Shown here piece after piece: positions 9,980 through 19,923 of a stretch of DNA of 64,000 nt. Origin of the DNA: Bacteriovoracaceae bacterium (lineage in GTDB: Bacteria; Bdellovibrionota; Bacteriovoracia; Bacteriovoracales; Bacteriovoracaceae); contig JBLWTJ010000004.1 in the NCBI GenBank assembly GCA_048270185.1, positions 1 to 64,000 on the forward strand, written 5' to 3'. The first letter of the stretch is position 1. The number at the start of each line of letters is the position of its first letter. The position numbers and the translations under genes are program-made. The notes beneath the pieces are model-generated. The model was not told the DNA's origin and did no database searches. It saw only the letters and a list, made by a program, of their open reading frames with translations.

Positions 9980-11785
9980 CTAAAGGCTTGTTGTAAGCCC
10001 AGCTCTCTCTTGGTTAATAACTCGAGGAGTGATGAAAATTACTAGCTCTGTCTTACTAATCACTGGATTATACGGTGTTCTAAACAACCAACCAACTATT
10101 GGAATGTCCTTAAGGTATGGAACACCCGAATGAGATTCTAGCTTAGAATAACTATACAAACCACCGAGGACAATTGTTGAACCATTTTCAACAAGTACAT
10201 TGGTTTTAACTTCTCTCTTTGTCTTATTTGGCGGAGCTCCTGGCGCAGGCACAACACCGAATTGTTCTTTAGATAATTCAACCGTTAAATCAATCGCACC
10301 ATCATTAGAAACTTGAGGTGTTACTGCTAAGCTTAATACAGCTGACGTTTCTTTATAAGTAATTGTAGCATCTTCACCAGAACCTTCTCTTTCTTCAAAC
10401 GATGTTGTCTCTTCAGAAATCAATTCTGCTTTAATATTATGTTTTGTCACTACTCTAGGAGAGGCTATAACCTTTCCCTTTGACTCACTTTCAAGGAGTT
10501 GTAATTGAAAATCTAAATTAAATAATCGACCAAACCTAGAGATACTAACACCTAGAAGGTTTGAAGCATTAGTTCCTGCTGTAGGTGCAGATGAGAAACT
10601 TAAACCAGGCCCAGATATAGAAGTAGTACTTGCTTCACCTACAATAGCTGTTGATGACGGAATTGTACCAATTGGATCGTAACCAAAATTTAAACCATTT
10701 TGAAGACCAATTTGTTTTTGATATCCCTCATTAACTTCTACAATCTTTGATTCGATTAAAACTTGTGGTGTTTGCCTGTCTAAGATCTCAACAATTTTAG
10801 AGATTTTTTCAGTAACCTCTAGAGTATCATTGATAATTAAATTATTTGTTCGTTCATCAGCAATTATTGTTCCTCTATCCTTTGTAGAGTAGCCAACAAG
10901 TAAGGTTGTTAAACTTTTTGCTTTTGAATATGAAATAGGTAAAACCTTCGTTACCAATGGCTCAGCAACAGATTTAATTTGTGTTGCTTCTTGCTCACTT
11001 CTCTTTTCTTCAGTAGCTTGAGCAAGTGTTTTAACAGTTAGAATCGCCCCATTTTTTTCAGCAACCAACTTATTAATAGATAAGATAGTATCGAGTGCTT
11101 GATCCCAAGGAGTATTAATAAGGTTTAGTGATAATGGATTTAGTTTTGTAACTTCATCTGTTATGATAATATTGAAACCTGAAGCATCTGCAATTAAATC
11201 TAAAATATCATTAATTTTCATATCCTTAACGTTAAGAGTAATCTTGTCCCCAACGTATTTCTTCTGTCCCGATAATGTCAGGTTCTCCAGAATATCTTCT
11301 AAATTTTTAGATTTAGGCTTGAGCACACGTGACTGTTTACGACTTGGCTTAACTTCTTCTTTTGTGACGACTCTATCCTCTTCAGAATTACTCGCAAATG
11401 CACCAAATCTATTTTCAAAAATTACACTAGAAACTTTTCCAGCAGTCTGCAATCTAGAACGAACGTTGTCTCGAAGTTGTACAACTACTCTGATTTGGTT
11501 TGGATTCTTTGGTGATTTAAAAGCTGATACAAAAACGACACTTCCAGAAAACTCGGATGTATCGAACGCCCTTAATACCCTTTGAGTTGAAGTTGCACCA
11601 GTAATATCGATAATTACTTGCTTATCTTTTACTACTTGAAATTTCTTTATCTCATACTTAGTGTTATCAAAATTAAAGTTGAGATAACTTAGTTCATCTT
11701 TTTGTTGGAAATCAACTTCCACTAGATTTGTTGCGAAAGTCATTGTAGTGAATAATGCTACAAAAATATAAATTAGCTTTTTCAT
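9980..11785 (-). CDS. pilQ: type IV pilus secretin PilQ
   Basis: AMIN-like N-terminus, ITLNVKDM..ILDLIA, DERTNNLII, QVLIESKIVE, SGVPYLKDIPIVGWLF, ELVIFITPRVI. Confidence 0.97.
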   Translation of the reverse strand: MKKLIYIFVALFTTMTFATNLVEVDFQQKDELSYLNFNFDNTKYEIKKFQVVKDKQVIIDITGATSTQRVLRAFDTSEFSGSVVFVSAFKSPKNPNQIRVVVQLRDNVRSRLQTAGKVSSVIFENRFGAFASNSEEDRVVTKEEVKPSRKQSRVLKPKSKNLEDILENLTLSGQKKYVGDKITLNVKDMKINDILDLIADASGFNIIITDEVTKLNPLSLNLINTPWDQALDTILSINKLVAEKNGAILTVKTLAQATEEKRSEQEATQIKSVAEPLVTKVLPISYSKAKSLTTLLVGYSTKDRGTIIADERTNNLIINDTLEVTEKISKIVEILDRQTPQVLIESKIVEVNEGYQKQIGLQNGLNFGYDPIGTIPSSTAIVGEASTTSISGPGLSFSSAPTAGTNASNLLGVSISRFGRLFNLDFQLQLLESESKGKVIASPRVVTKHNIKAELISEETTSFEEREGSGEDATITYKETSAVLSLAVTPQVSNDGAIDLTVELSKEQFGVVPAPGAPPNKTKREVKTNVLVENGSTIVLGGLYSYSKLESHSGVPYLKDIPIVGWLFRTPYNPVISKTELVIFITPRVINQERAGLTTSL

Positions 11786-11861
11786 TTTTTACTCTTCCTA
11801 AGTAAAATTATTATATATCTATAATATCATAAATCTAAATTTAGAAAAGTATCCTAAACTA

Positions 11862-12290
11862 TTATTCTGATAATGGTAGGATCGTTTCAAGGTACTCTTC
11901 TTCGGCGTATACATTAATGATTTTCTCAACTAATACAACACCACCAGGTAATATAGCCTTTACCTCTACCTGATCAGGACCAATTTTCATACCTTCTTTT
12001 AAAATAACAGACTCTGATAACCCATCTCCTTGTATTTCCTTTACAACAGCTCGAGGGTCTTTTCCCAGAAATATGCCTGTTACTTTTAGTCGGTCAATTT
12101 TTAAATGGTTAGTCGTTAATTTATTTGAAAAGCCTTTGAACTTTTCTTTTCTAGCCCTTTTGTGTCCCATTCTTTTCTTGTATTTAACTTTAAATGGATC
12201 ACGTATATTTCTGGCATTATTAAGATCAACAACTTCAGCTCCAAATGAACTCAAAGTAATGAAAAGTATGATAAAGAATTTATATATCAT
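11862..12290 (-). CDS. pilP: pilus assembly protein PilP
   Basis: RDPF motif, LKVTGI..PRAVV..LKEGMKIG; lies between pilO and pilQ. Confidence 0.85.
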   Translation of the reverse strand: MIYKFFIILFITLSSFGAEVVDLNNARNIRDPFKVKYKKRMGHKRARKEKFKGFSNKLTTNHLKIDRLKVTGIFLGKDPRAVVKEIQGDGLSESVILKEGMKIGPDQVEVKAILPGGVVLVEKIINVYAEEEYLETILPLSE

Positions 12291-12949
12291 TTCTTCTTCC
12301 TATTTTTCTTTTTGGTCCTTACGCGAGGTGGAGCCTTGGACTTTGACTTGATTTCGTTTTCAATCTCTTTAATTCCTCTATCTTCTCGGTGGGATGGATT
12401 ATATATATAGCTTTCAATTGTCGCTGCTAAATTAATGATCTCATAACGAGATTTATTAACCTGTGATATTTTCCTTAAATTAATATCTCGAACGTTCAAA
12501 ATACGCTCTTGTTTTGAAATATTTTCCAGTAGAATTAAAAACTGAAGATAAGTACCCTTTCCAGAAAAAGAGTAATATTTTGTAATGTAGAATCCATGAG
12601 CCTCTTCACCACTAGGATTAATTTGAATATCTTTAATCTTTAAACTTTCACCTATTTTCTTGATAAGATTAATACTCTCAGTATCACTAATATCCCTTGG
12701 AAGTTTTCTCTGAGTTTCTTCCAGTTTTTGAGCCACTATTTCAATTTCTTCTTTTTTGCGTTCTACGTCTTTTTCATAAGCTTTTAACTTTGTTAATTCT
12801 CTTTTCTTTTTTGAAATCTGTGCTCTTACTTGATTTATATCATTCTGAAGTGCTTCAGCCTCAACCTCAACTTCTTGATACGCTTCCCAAGACACAAAAG
12901 CTGTATATATTATAATTAACAAATAAAGCTTATTAACAAGACCCAACAT
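12287..12949 (-). CDS. pilO: type IV pilus inner-membrane protein PilO
   Basis: TM plus coiled coil, KLP, GTYLQFLILLENISKQERILNV; position in pilMNOPQ. Confidence 0.9.
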   Translation of the reverse strand: MLGLVNKLYLLIIIYTAFVSWEAYQEVEVEAEALQNDINQVRAQISKKKRELTKLKAYEKDVERKKEEIEIVAQKLEETQRKLPRDISDTESINLIKKIGESLKIKDIQINPSGEEAHGFYITKYYSFSGKGTYLQFLILLENISKQERILNVRDINLRKISQVNKSRYEIINLAATIESYIYNPSHREDRGIKEIENEIKSKSKAPPRVRTKKKNRKKK

Positions 12950-13581
12950 TAATTTAGATCTCCGTACGACTGAATTTTACCTTCGATTTGAAAGCTTTGT
13001 AGTGTTATATTTTCACCAAATAGTTCTACTTGGGATTCTTTTAACTCTTTCATTCCGAATGTTTCACCATTAAAGCCGTTCTGCGGAATGAAGTATTGAA
13101 GTTCTTTTACGCCATTAATAAAGTCACCTACAGAAGAGAATGATATTGACTCCCCACTTATATATATTGTTTTTTCATTATTAATTGTAAGCTCATTAAA
13201 CCAAATATCATCGTTTAATGATGATGATATTCCCCTTAAAACAAGATAAGGATTAGATTTCTTTGACATTACTTGAGCAACTAGATTTTCACGACTCTTT
13301 AATTCTTCAATGCGCTTAGTAAATGCGCCAATGATTTCAGTTAAAGAACCATAGGATTTAACTTCTTTTGAAATCTTTCTAAGTTCTTCTCGCTGTAACT
13401 TAATTTGTTCTTTAACCTCATTATTCTCACTAGTAAAAGATGGAATAGCAAACGTTGTTACTAAATAATAAATCACATATGAAATAATGATTGATTTCTT
13501 ATTTACTTGATTTAAGTCAACTCCAAGTACAACAGGAAGCTCTAAAGGTTTCTTTTTCTCGAGTAAGTTAATTTCAATCAT
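12949..13581 (-). CDS. pilN: type IV pilus assembly protein PilN
   Basis: N-terminal IEINLL PilM-binding motif, TM, coiled coil, DDIWFNEL. Confidence 0.9.
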   Translation of the reverse strand: MIEINLLEKKKPLELPVVLGVDLNQVNKKSIIISYVIYYLVTTFAIPSFTSENNEVKEQIKLQREELRKISKEVKSYGSLTEIIGAFTKRIEELKSRENLVAQVMSKKSNPYLVLRGISSSLNDDIWFNELTINNEKTIYISGESISFSSVGDFINGVKELQYFIPQNGFNGETFGMKELKESQVELFGENITLQSFQIEGKIQSYGDLN

Positions 13582-14792
13582 TTAGGAAACCCCCTTAAGG
13601 CCAATCCAAATGAAACAACACCTTCGTGTGCCATATCATTTAGTTCCTCATCACTGAAATCACTTTCGTTAAATTCTATTTCGTTAAATGGATTAAGTAC
13701 ATTTACAGTTACTCCAAAAGCTGATCGAATCTCTTCTAAAAGATTTGGTAATCGTACAGACCCACCTGTAACAGTAATATCACGTAACGAATCATCTGAT
13801 GTTGCATTTATATAGAAGTCTTGCGCTTTCTTTAACTCACTTACGATTGCACCATTGATCTCATTTATAATCATCAGTACATCATCTGGTACACCTTCTC
13901 CTGAAGACATTTTTTTCAAATCTTCAGCTTCCTCAAAAGTCACTCCAAGTTGCCTTTGAATCTCTTCGGTAATGCTTGCTCCCCCAAGAATAATCTCTTT
14001 TACAAAAACAGGAACTCCATTTTTCATAACAATGAATATTGTAGCTTGTGATCCTATATCAATTAAAAGACTTGAAGGTATTAAAACTTTAGTACTTGTG
14101 TTTGCTGATGTTCTTTCAAATGTTTCGTCATCATCGTCATCATCTTCTTCTGACTCAACAAAGCCTGTATCTTCTGCGGCAATCTCATATACATTTGTTA
14201 AAGCTAGTGATGAGAGATCAGCGACTTTAACTTTTTTTCCAAGTGATTCAATTATTGACTTAAATGCGTATAAGACATCTTTTTTAACGGCCACAACAAT
14301 CACATCGAGTCCACCACCCATATTCTCACCGATGACGTACCAATCAATATTACATTCTTCAACAGGGAATGGTAAGTATTGTTCAGCTTCCCAGATAACT
14401 TGATCTTCAAGTTCATCCTCATCACCTCCAGCAAGCTGGATTTTTTTTATAACTGTATTCGGGCCGGATAACCCTAGACACACATATGGTTCTGTGATCT
14501 TTGCCTGCTCAAACGCTGCTACCAGAGCTGCTTTTAAAGCATCTTCATCCTGTATCTCATCTTCAATGATTGTTGCTTCAGGAAGAGGTACAGAAGCATA
14601 TTTAGCGAGTGTGTATGTATCATTCTTATTTAGTATTTTTGAAACTTTAACTGAACTCTGACCAATGTCGACGCCAATAAGCTCTTTAGGAACTAATCCT
14701 AAAGCTTCTCTAATCTTAAATATAACATCCTGTACATCGATATTCTTCTTCATCCGTGACCCATCAAAGTATCTTTTTATTATACTCTGCAC
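13578..14792 (-). CDS. pilM: type IV pilus assembly protein PilM (start may be ATG at 14753)
   Basis: IGVDIGQSSVK, WEAEQYLPF, IDIGS, VTGGSVRLPNL, GLALRG. Confidence 0.96.
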   Translation of the reverse strand: MQSIIKRYFDGSRMKKNIDVQDVIFKIREALGLVPKELIGVDIGQSSVKVSKILNKNDTYTLAKYASVPLPEATIIEDEIQDEDALKAALVAAFEQAKITEPYVCLGLSGPNTVIKKIQLAGGDEDELEDQVIWEAEQYLPFPVEECNIDWYVIGENMGGGLDVIVVAVKKDVLYAFKSIIESLGKKVKVADLSSLALTNVYEIAAEDTGFVESEEDDDDDDETFERTSANTSTKVLIPSSLLIDIGSQATIFIVMKNGVPVFVKEIILGGASITEEIQRQLGVTFEEAEDLKKMSSGEGVPDDVLMIINEINGAIVSELKKAQDFYINATSDDSLRDITVTGGSVRLPNLLEEIRSAFGVTVNVLNPFNEIEFNESDFSDEELNDMAHEGVVSFGLALRGFPK

Positions 14793-14816
14793 AGTCCAGT
14801 CATTTCAAGAAGTTAT

Positions 14817-15590
14817 TTACATTATAATAACGCCCAGCATCCTTTTGAAAACCTCTGGTAAGAAAATTTGAAAAGCAGCAATAATGATTATGAAAGGCCC
14901 AAAAGCAATTGCTTGGTCTCTTTTGATCACTTTAAACATCAAAAGAGGCAACATCATTAGACTTCCGAGGATACAAGAAAATAACATATTATGAATAATT
15001 CCAATCGGCCCTAAGAAGATTCCAAGCACTCCAAAAAGCTTGATATCACCACCACCAAGGCCAACAACTCCTCTAATTTTATAAAATAGGTACGTTATTG
15101 AATATGGTATGAGAAAACCAATTGCACCTCCAATTATCCAATGTTTCCAGTCAAAAAAGAAAATACCATTAATAAAAAAGATAAGGCCTAAGTAAATATT
15201 CACGACATCTGGTAGAATTTGATGTCTAACATCAATAACAAAATGGACTAACAAACAACATGCGACAGTAAAATAAAAGAAATAAGAAAGAATCGAGTGC
15301 ATCGATATCTCATTTGAAAAAAGAAGGAATGAAATTAAGCCAGTAAGTATTTCAATAATTGGATACTGTAAGCTTATTGAGTTCTTACAGTTTGAACATC
15401 GACCTCTTAGAAATATGAAGCTAAGTATCGGAATATTATGAAACCACTTCAATTGAAAGCCACAATTTGGGCAACGAGAGCGATCCATGCCAACTCTTTC
15501 TTCTATAGGCAATCTTAAAATTAAAACATTTAAGAAACTACCTACTAAAGCACCAAATATGAAAGCATAAATTTTATATAGGATAATCAT
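14817..15590 (-). CDS. pilD: prepilin peptidase/N-methyltransferase
   Basis: GSFLNVLILRLP, CPNC...CSNC, ID..HQILPD, GLGGGDIKL, AFGPF. Confidence 0.97.
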   Translation of the reverse strand: MIILYKIYAFIFGALVGSFLNVLILRLPIEERVGMDRSRCPNCGFQLKWFHNIPILSFIFLRGRCSNCKNSISLQYPIIEILTGLISFLLFSNEISMHSILSYFFYFTVACCLLVHFVIDVRHQILPDVVNIYLGLIFFINGIFFFDWKHWIIGGAIGFLIPYSITYLFYKIRGVVGLGGGDIKLFGVLGIFLGPIGIIHNMLFSCILGSLMMLPLLMFKVIKRDQAIAFGPFIIIIAAFQIFLPEVFKRMLGVIIM

Positions 15591-16354
15591 TAAGATAACT
15601 CTTTATTCTTAAACACAAGTGCATTAATAAGAGAAAGAATAATTATATATGCAAAACCATATGAATAACTTTTAAGCACTTGTGAATTCGAAATTAGATC
15701 ACTATTAAAAACATAAGGTTTAAAGTTAAGAATACTTAAATCAGGAAGTATCGCTTTATATAATTTGATAAAAACTTGAAGTACTTCTCTATTCTTAACA
15801 AAAGCGAGTGACTCTAAATGAGTCATTGCATGCCCAGCCAAATATAGAATGAATGTATTTATCACGCTTAAAGCTTTACTTGTAATTAAACTAAAGAACA
15901 TTACAATTAAGAAAAGCAAAATTGATTCAATAATTCCCAAAAGCAAAGCATTTATTATAATTGTATCGAGAGTTCCACCACGAGAAATGAATACAACTAT
16001 AGACATCAAGAAAATGAATAATGTGCTTAAGAAAAGAACCCCTATAACGCCCAATATCTTACCGAGTAGAAAGCTCATTCTAGATACAGGCCTTGATAAA
16101 GCGATATATATTGTTCTTGATTCTATTTCATTTGATAGCGTATTAACCCCGACAAATATTGCAAGTAAATTTGCTGCAAGAGATGCACCCCCTAACCCAA
16201 AGTCAATTGAGACACGAAGTACATTTCCATATGAAAACTCAGAAGTAACATAGCTCAAAACAGTTATAAAAACAGCTACCCAAAGGGATAAATAAAGTAC
16301 TCTACTTTTAACTACATCTTTAAATGTAAATTTTGCAATTGTATAAATACTCAT
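15590..16354 (-). CDS. ABC transporter permease (Myxococcus PilI-like)
   Basis: Six TM segments, EIESRTIYIALSRPVSR..FLLGK; between ABC ATPase and pilD. Confidence 0.85.
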   Translation of the reverse strand: MSIYTIAKFTFKDVVKSRVLYLSLWVAVFITVLSYVTSEFSYGNVLRVSIDFGLGGASLAANLLAIFVGVNTLSNEIESRTIYIALSRPVSRMSFLLGKILGVIGVLFLSTLFIFLMSIVVFISRGGTLDTIIINALLLGIIESILLFLIVMFFSLITSKALSVINTFILYLAGHAMTHLESLAFVKNREVLQVFIKLYKAILPDLSILNFKPYVFNSDLISNSQVLKSYSYGFAYIIILSLINALVFKNKELS

Positions 16355-17217
16355 TACTTATTCAACCTATAAACTATTTCTTCAAGAGTTGTAACAGACT
16401 TTTGAACCTTAACAATTTTCATACCGGTATTTAGTATCTCTTGAATTTTATTATCTTTATACTTAGTAGAAAGCTTAATCGATTCCTCTGCTAGACCATT
16501 ATGATAAACAATTTCGTATTCGTCTTGCGTATGTTGAGAGATTAACTCATTAATACTACCATTATAAATAATTCTACCACCTTCTAATACAACAACATCG
16601 TCTGATACTTCCTCAACATCAGAGACAATATGAGAAGAAAAGAATATTCCTACACCTTCATTATTAACTTCTTTAATTACTTCTTTAAATTCTCTACGTC
16701 CTATAGGATCAAGTCCTGATAAAGGTTCATCTAAAATAATTAATTGAGGTGAATGCAGAAGCGCAGACACAAAACCAAGGCGTTGTAACATCCCCTTTGA
16801 GTAACTTTTTATTGTGCGATCTAGAGCAAAACTAATATTTAATTTGGTGGCCCATTTTTGGATGGCAGTGTCCATTTCTTTTCTAGGCATATCCTGTAAA
16901 TCTGCACAAAACACAAGAAAGTCATAACCAGTCAAGTTCTGGTAATAAAAAGGACGTTCAGGCATGTAACCGATTTTTCTCTTAACACTTTCATGACTCC
17001 AGTCTACATCGAGTAAGTTCACTGAACCTGAATTCGGTTTAATAAAGCCAAGTAGTATTTTAATAAGTGTCGTTTTCCCTGCACCATTAGCACCAAGAAA
17101 CCCAACTACTTTCCCAGGAGACAATTTGAAAGATATATTTTCTAGTGCAACAAACTCTTTTGCCCAAAAGTCCTTTCTAAACTTTTTCGAAATATTTTTA
17201 CATTCAATCATTATCAT
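16354..17217 (-). CDS. ABC transporter ATP-binding protein (Myxococcus PilH-like)
   Basis: Walker A GANGAGKTT, signature YSKGMLQR, Walker B ILDEP, SSH. Confidence 0.92.
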   Translation of the reverse strand: MIMIECKNISKKFRKDFWAKEFVALENISFKLSPGKVVGFLGANGAGKTTLIKILLGFIKPNSGSVNLLDVDWSHESVKRKIGYMPERPFYYQNLTGYDFLVFCADLQDMPRKEMDTAIQKWATKLNISFALDRTIKSYSKGMLQRLGFVSALLHSPQLIILDEPLSGLDPIGRREFKEVIKEVNNEGVGIFFSSHIVSDVEEVSDDVVVLEGGRIIYNGSINELISQHTQDEYEIVYHNGLAEESIKLSTKYKDNKIQEILNTGMKIVKVQKSVTTLEEIVYRLNK

Positions 17218-17253
17218 CCTTTCTGATTTTCTATATTAATAGTATAATCAATT

Positions 17254-17931
17254 ATGGCTTTGAATAAAGATTTTATGCGTAATATTCTTTTGAGTACAGT
17301 TCTTCTTGTTTCACTCATTGTTATAAACAAGTTTACGACATATAAAATGCCAAGTGTTCCAGTAAAGTATTCAACTTTCAACTCCACATTTTCTAAAATT
17401 TTTCTTTTTGGAAATTATCGCTTTTACAGTAGTTATCTATGGACAACAACATTATTGAATGCAGATATAAATCATGTAAAAAACCATGAGACTTCATGGT
17501 TATACTATCGCTTCAACCTTATTGCGGATCTCGATCCAACATTTTATGAAAATTATCGTCATGGAGGTGTTTACCTTTCGATTATCAAGGATGATATCTA
17601 TGGAGCAAGAGATATCTTTGAGAGAGGCCTAAAGATATTTCCAAATGACTTTGATCTCCTCTATTATAATGCCTTTAACTATCACTTTGAGATTAGGGAT
17701 TATGAAGAATCCTATCTCGCTCTTAAGAAACTCAAAGCTGCCCCTGGTTCATCGAGAGTTAAAATACTTGATAAAATCATCAAACAGGCAATAGAGAAAC
17801 GAAGTGACAATTTACTTGAAGTTGAGTTCTTACAAAAGGAACTTGAGAATACTGAGGATGAATTAATAAAAGATGTTTTGAAGAAAAAAATAGAAAAAAT
17901 AAAAAAAGGGAGCCCTGAAGGCTCCCCTTAA
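17254..17931 (+). CDS. membrane-anchored TPR-like protein (Myxococcus PilG-like)
   Basis: N-terminal TM, ADLDPTFYENYRHGG..ARDIFERGLKIFPND; lies between pilA and the ABC pair. Confidence 0.6.
   Translation: MALNKDFMRNILLSTVLLVSLIVINKFTTYKMPSVPVKYSTFNSTFSKIFLFGNYRFYSSYLWTTTLLNADINHVKNHETSWLYYRFNLIADLDPTFYENYRHGGVYLSIIKDDIYGARDIFERGLKIFPNDFDLLYYNAFNYHFEIRDYEESYLALKKLKAAPGSSRVKILDKIIKQAIEKRSDNLLEVEFLQKELENTEDELIKDVLKKKIEKIKKGSPEGSP
17901..17926 (-). terminator. intrinsic terminator after pilA, lying within the 3' end of the convergent ORF
   Basis: GGGAGCC/GGCTCCC stem followed by T7 on the minus strand. Confidence 0.8.
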
Positions 17932-17940
17932 ATATTCGAA

Positions 17941-18492
17941 TTAGTAACCTGTATTCGTGTGTAAAAGCGTCTTATCTGTATTAATTGTCCAACGATCTAA
18001 AACTCCAGCCTGGTCAGCAGAAACATAACCAACAGCTTCTGCTGTAAAAGTCGCACCATCTGCAGCAACAACTGATGCAGTAAGGTCTGCAGTAGTTGCA
18101 GTGTTACCAGCAACAGACTTGGCAGCATCACCACCAAACACACCATCAGAAGTACATGGAGTTCCACCTGCGTTGGCATCAACAACTCCACCTGCACCAG
18201 CTGTTGCAGCCTGAGAGTCAAAACCGACAGCGTAGTAATTACCACCAGCAGGTGGAATATAACCAGCGAAACCTAGACATTCAGCGAATGCATCATAGTC
18301 AGTTTGTAATGCAGTTTCTGCTGAATAAATTGCAGCTAACTGAAGCTTCGCTTCAGACGTTTTCGTTTTAGCTTGGTACTTTTTAAAGTTTGGAATTGCT
18401 ACCGCAGATAGAATCCCAATGATGGCAACAACGACCATCAACTCAACCAGGGTAAACCCTTTAGAGTTTTTAAGCTCTTTTGTAAATCTCAT
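17941..18492 (-). CDS. pilA: type IVa major pilin
   Basis: Class III signal KNSKG|FTLVELMVVVAIIGILSAVAIPNF; start set at the second ATG (18492), which follows a GAGGAG SD. Confidence 0.95.
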   Translation of the reverse strand: MRFTKELKNSKGFTLVELMVVVAIIGILSAVAIPNFKKYQAKTKTSEAKLQLAAIYSAETALQTDYDAFAECLGFAGYIPPAGGNYYAVGFDSQAATAGAGGVVDANAGGTPCTSDGVFGGDAAKSVAGNTATTADLTASVVAADGATFTAEAVGYVSADQAGVLDRWTINTDKTLLHTNTGY

Positions 18493-18666
18493 ACTTTTCT
18501 CCTCGTTAAATCTCATTTAGAGAGATTCAAGTTTTTATCAAGTTTGAATCAAAGTGAAGTTTAGATTCACTTCTCCTCAGTTATACTTTACGGTAATTCA
18601 GTAAAAAATGTTAACACGACATAATTTCAACCACTTATCCTACTAAATACAATAAAATCACTATTA

Positions 18667-18694
18667 TTATCGCCACATTCTCTTGCCAACTTTA
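18667..18694 (-). promoter_or_regulatory. candidate sigma28 (FliA)-type promoter upstream of pilA
   Basis: TAAAGTTG...GGCGATAA; TAAA-N16 spacing is one base longer than canonical. Confidence 0.35.
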
Positions 18695-18700
18695 GGCTAT

Positions 18701-19915
18701 TTACGCGCCAGCTGACATGAACATCGGAAGATAAATTGCAATCATTACACCACCAATAATTCCACCTAAAACAACAAGTACAAGCGGCTCAAGCATTTTA
18801 GTAGCACCAGTGATAGCTTCATTAACTTCATCTTCAAAAACGTCTGAAATTTTAGAGAGCATTTGATCAATGGATCCAGTTGACTCACCAACTTTAATCA
18901 TTTGCGCCACCATTTCTGGAAAATAATCAATCTTACTTAATGGCTCAGTTAAAGTTTTTCCTTCGACGACTTTTTTTCTCACAGAGGCAATATCACCAGA
19001 GATAACACTATTATCAATAGTCTCAATACAAATCTCTAAAGCATCAATAAGAGATACACCTGACCCTAACAACGTAGCTAGAGTACGAGAGAATTGTGCA
19101 AGACTTCCTTTAATAATTACTTGACCAAATCCTGGCATTTTCATTGAAAAGTTATCCATAACAACTTTTCCCTGAGGAGTTTTTACAAAATAACTCATAA
19201 ATAACCCGAAGCCGATTGCAGCTAAAATCATTTTTCCCGAGTATTCTCCAAAGAAATCTGATACATCAATAACAAACTGAGTAATCCAAGGCAGGGCCTG
19301 ACCTGTATCTGTTAGCATACTTGTAAATTGCGGAACAACGTAAGTTAAAAGTCCCCAGACAACAAGTAACCCAATCCCCGAAACGATAAGTGGATAGCTC
19401 ATTGCTGACTTAATTTGCTTTTTGATCTTTTCTTGTTTTTCTAAGTGTTCAGTAAGCTTTGAAAGAATCTCATCAAGGATCCCCCCTACTTCACCGGCCT
19501 TAACAAGATTACAATAGAGGTTATCAAATCCCTGCTGTTTCCTCATACTTTCAGCAAGTGTGTTTCCTTCAGAAACATCGGTTGCAATATTTTTAATTGC
19601 AGCTTTAAGTGAAGGGTTTTTTTCTGATTTAAAAATAATTTCAAGTGATAAAATAATTGGTACACCGGCATTTACCATAATAGATAATTGCTTTGTAAAG
19701 TTCATAAGGTCCTTTGCACTAAATGCAGAACCAAATCCCTTTTCAATTAGCCAAGTGTTGATATCAAATTCTAAAATAGAGGGAGGGATAATTTTTCGTA
19801 CACGATTCCCTTGAGCACGTAAGCGCTTTTTAGCATCCTTTTCATCATTTGCTTGTATTTGGCCTGAGGTTTTCTTTCCATTCTTATCAAGGCCTTCCCA
19901 TTTATATATTGGCAT
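18701..19915 (-). CDS. pilC: type IV pilus platform protein PilC
   Basis: FTKQLSIMVNAGVPI, AGEVGGILD, AMSYP, VGESTG, LEPL. Confidence 0.97.
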   Translation of the reverse strand: MPIYKWEGLDKNGKKTSGQIQANDEKDAKKRLRAQGNRVRKIIPPSILEFDINTWLIEKGFGSAFSAKDLMNFTKQLSIMVNAGVPIILSLEIIFKSEKNPSLKAAIKNIATDVSEGNTLAESMRKQQGFDNLYCNLVKAGEVGGILDEILSKLTEHLEKQEKIKKQIKSAMSYPLIVSGIGLLVVWGLLTYVVPQFTSMLTDTGQALPWITQFVIDVSDFFGEYSGKMILAAIGFGLFMSYFVKTPQGKVVMDNFSMKMPGFGQVIIKGSLAQFSRTLATLLGSGVSLIDALEICIETIDNSVISGDIASVRKKVVEGKTLTEPLSKIDYFPEMVAQMIKVGESTGSIDQMLSKISDVFEDEVNEAITGATKMLEPLVLVVLGGIIGGVMIAIYLPMFMSAGA

Positions 19916-19923
19916 ACTTTACT

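Noticed and set aside
17218..17910. Inverted repeats that might make the pilG-like gene an invertible switch
   Set aside because: Only weak A/T-rich similarity, and no recombinase gene in the window.
18672..18689. Sigma54 promoter for pilA (TTGGCA...)
   Set aside because: The required GC at -12 is missing (GG-N10-TG).
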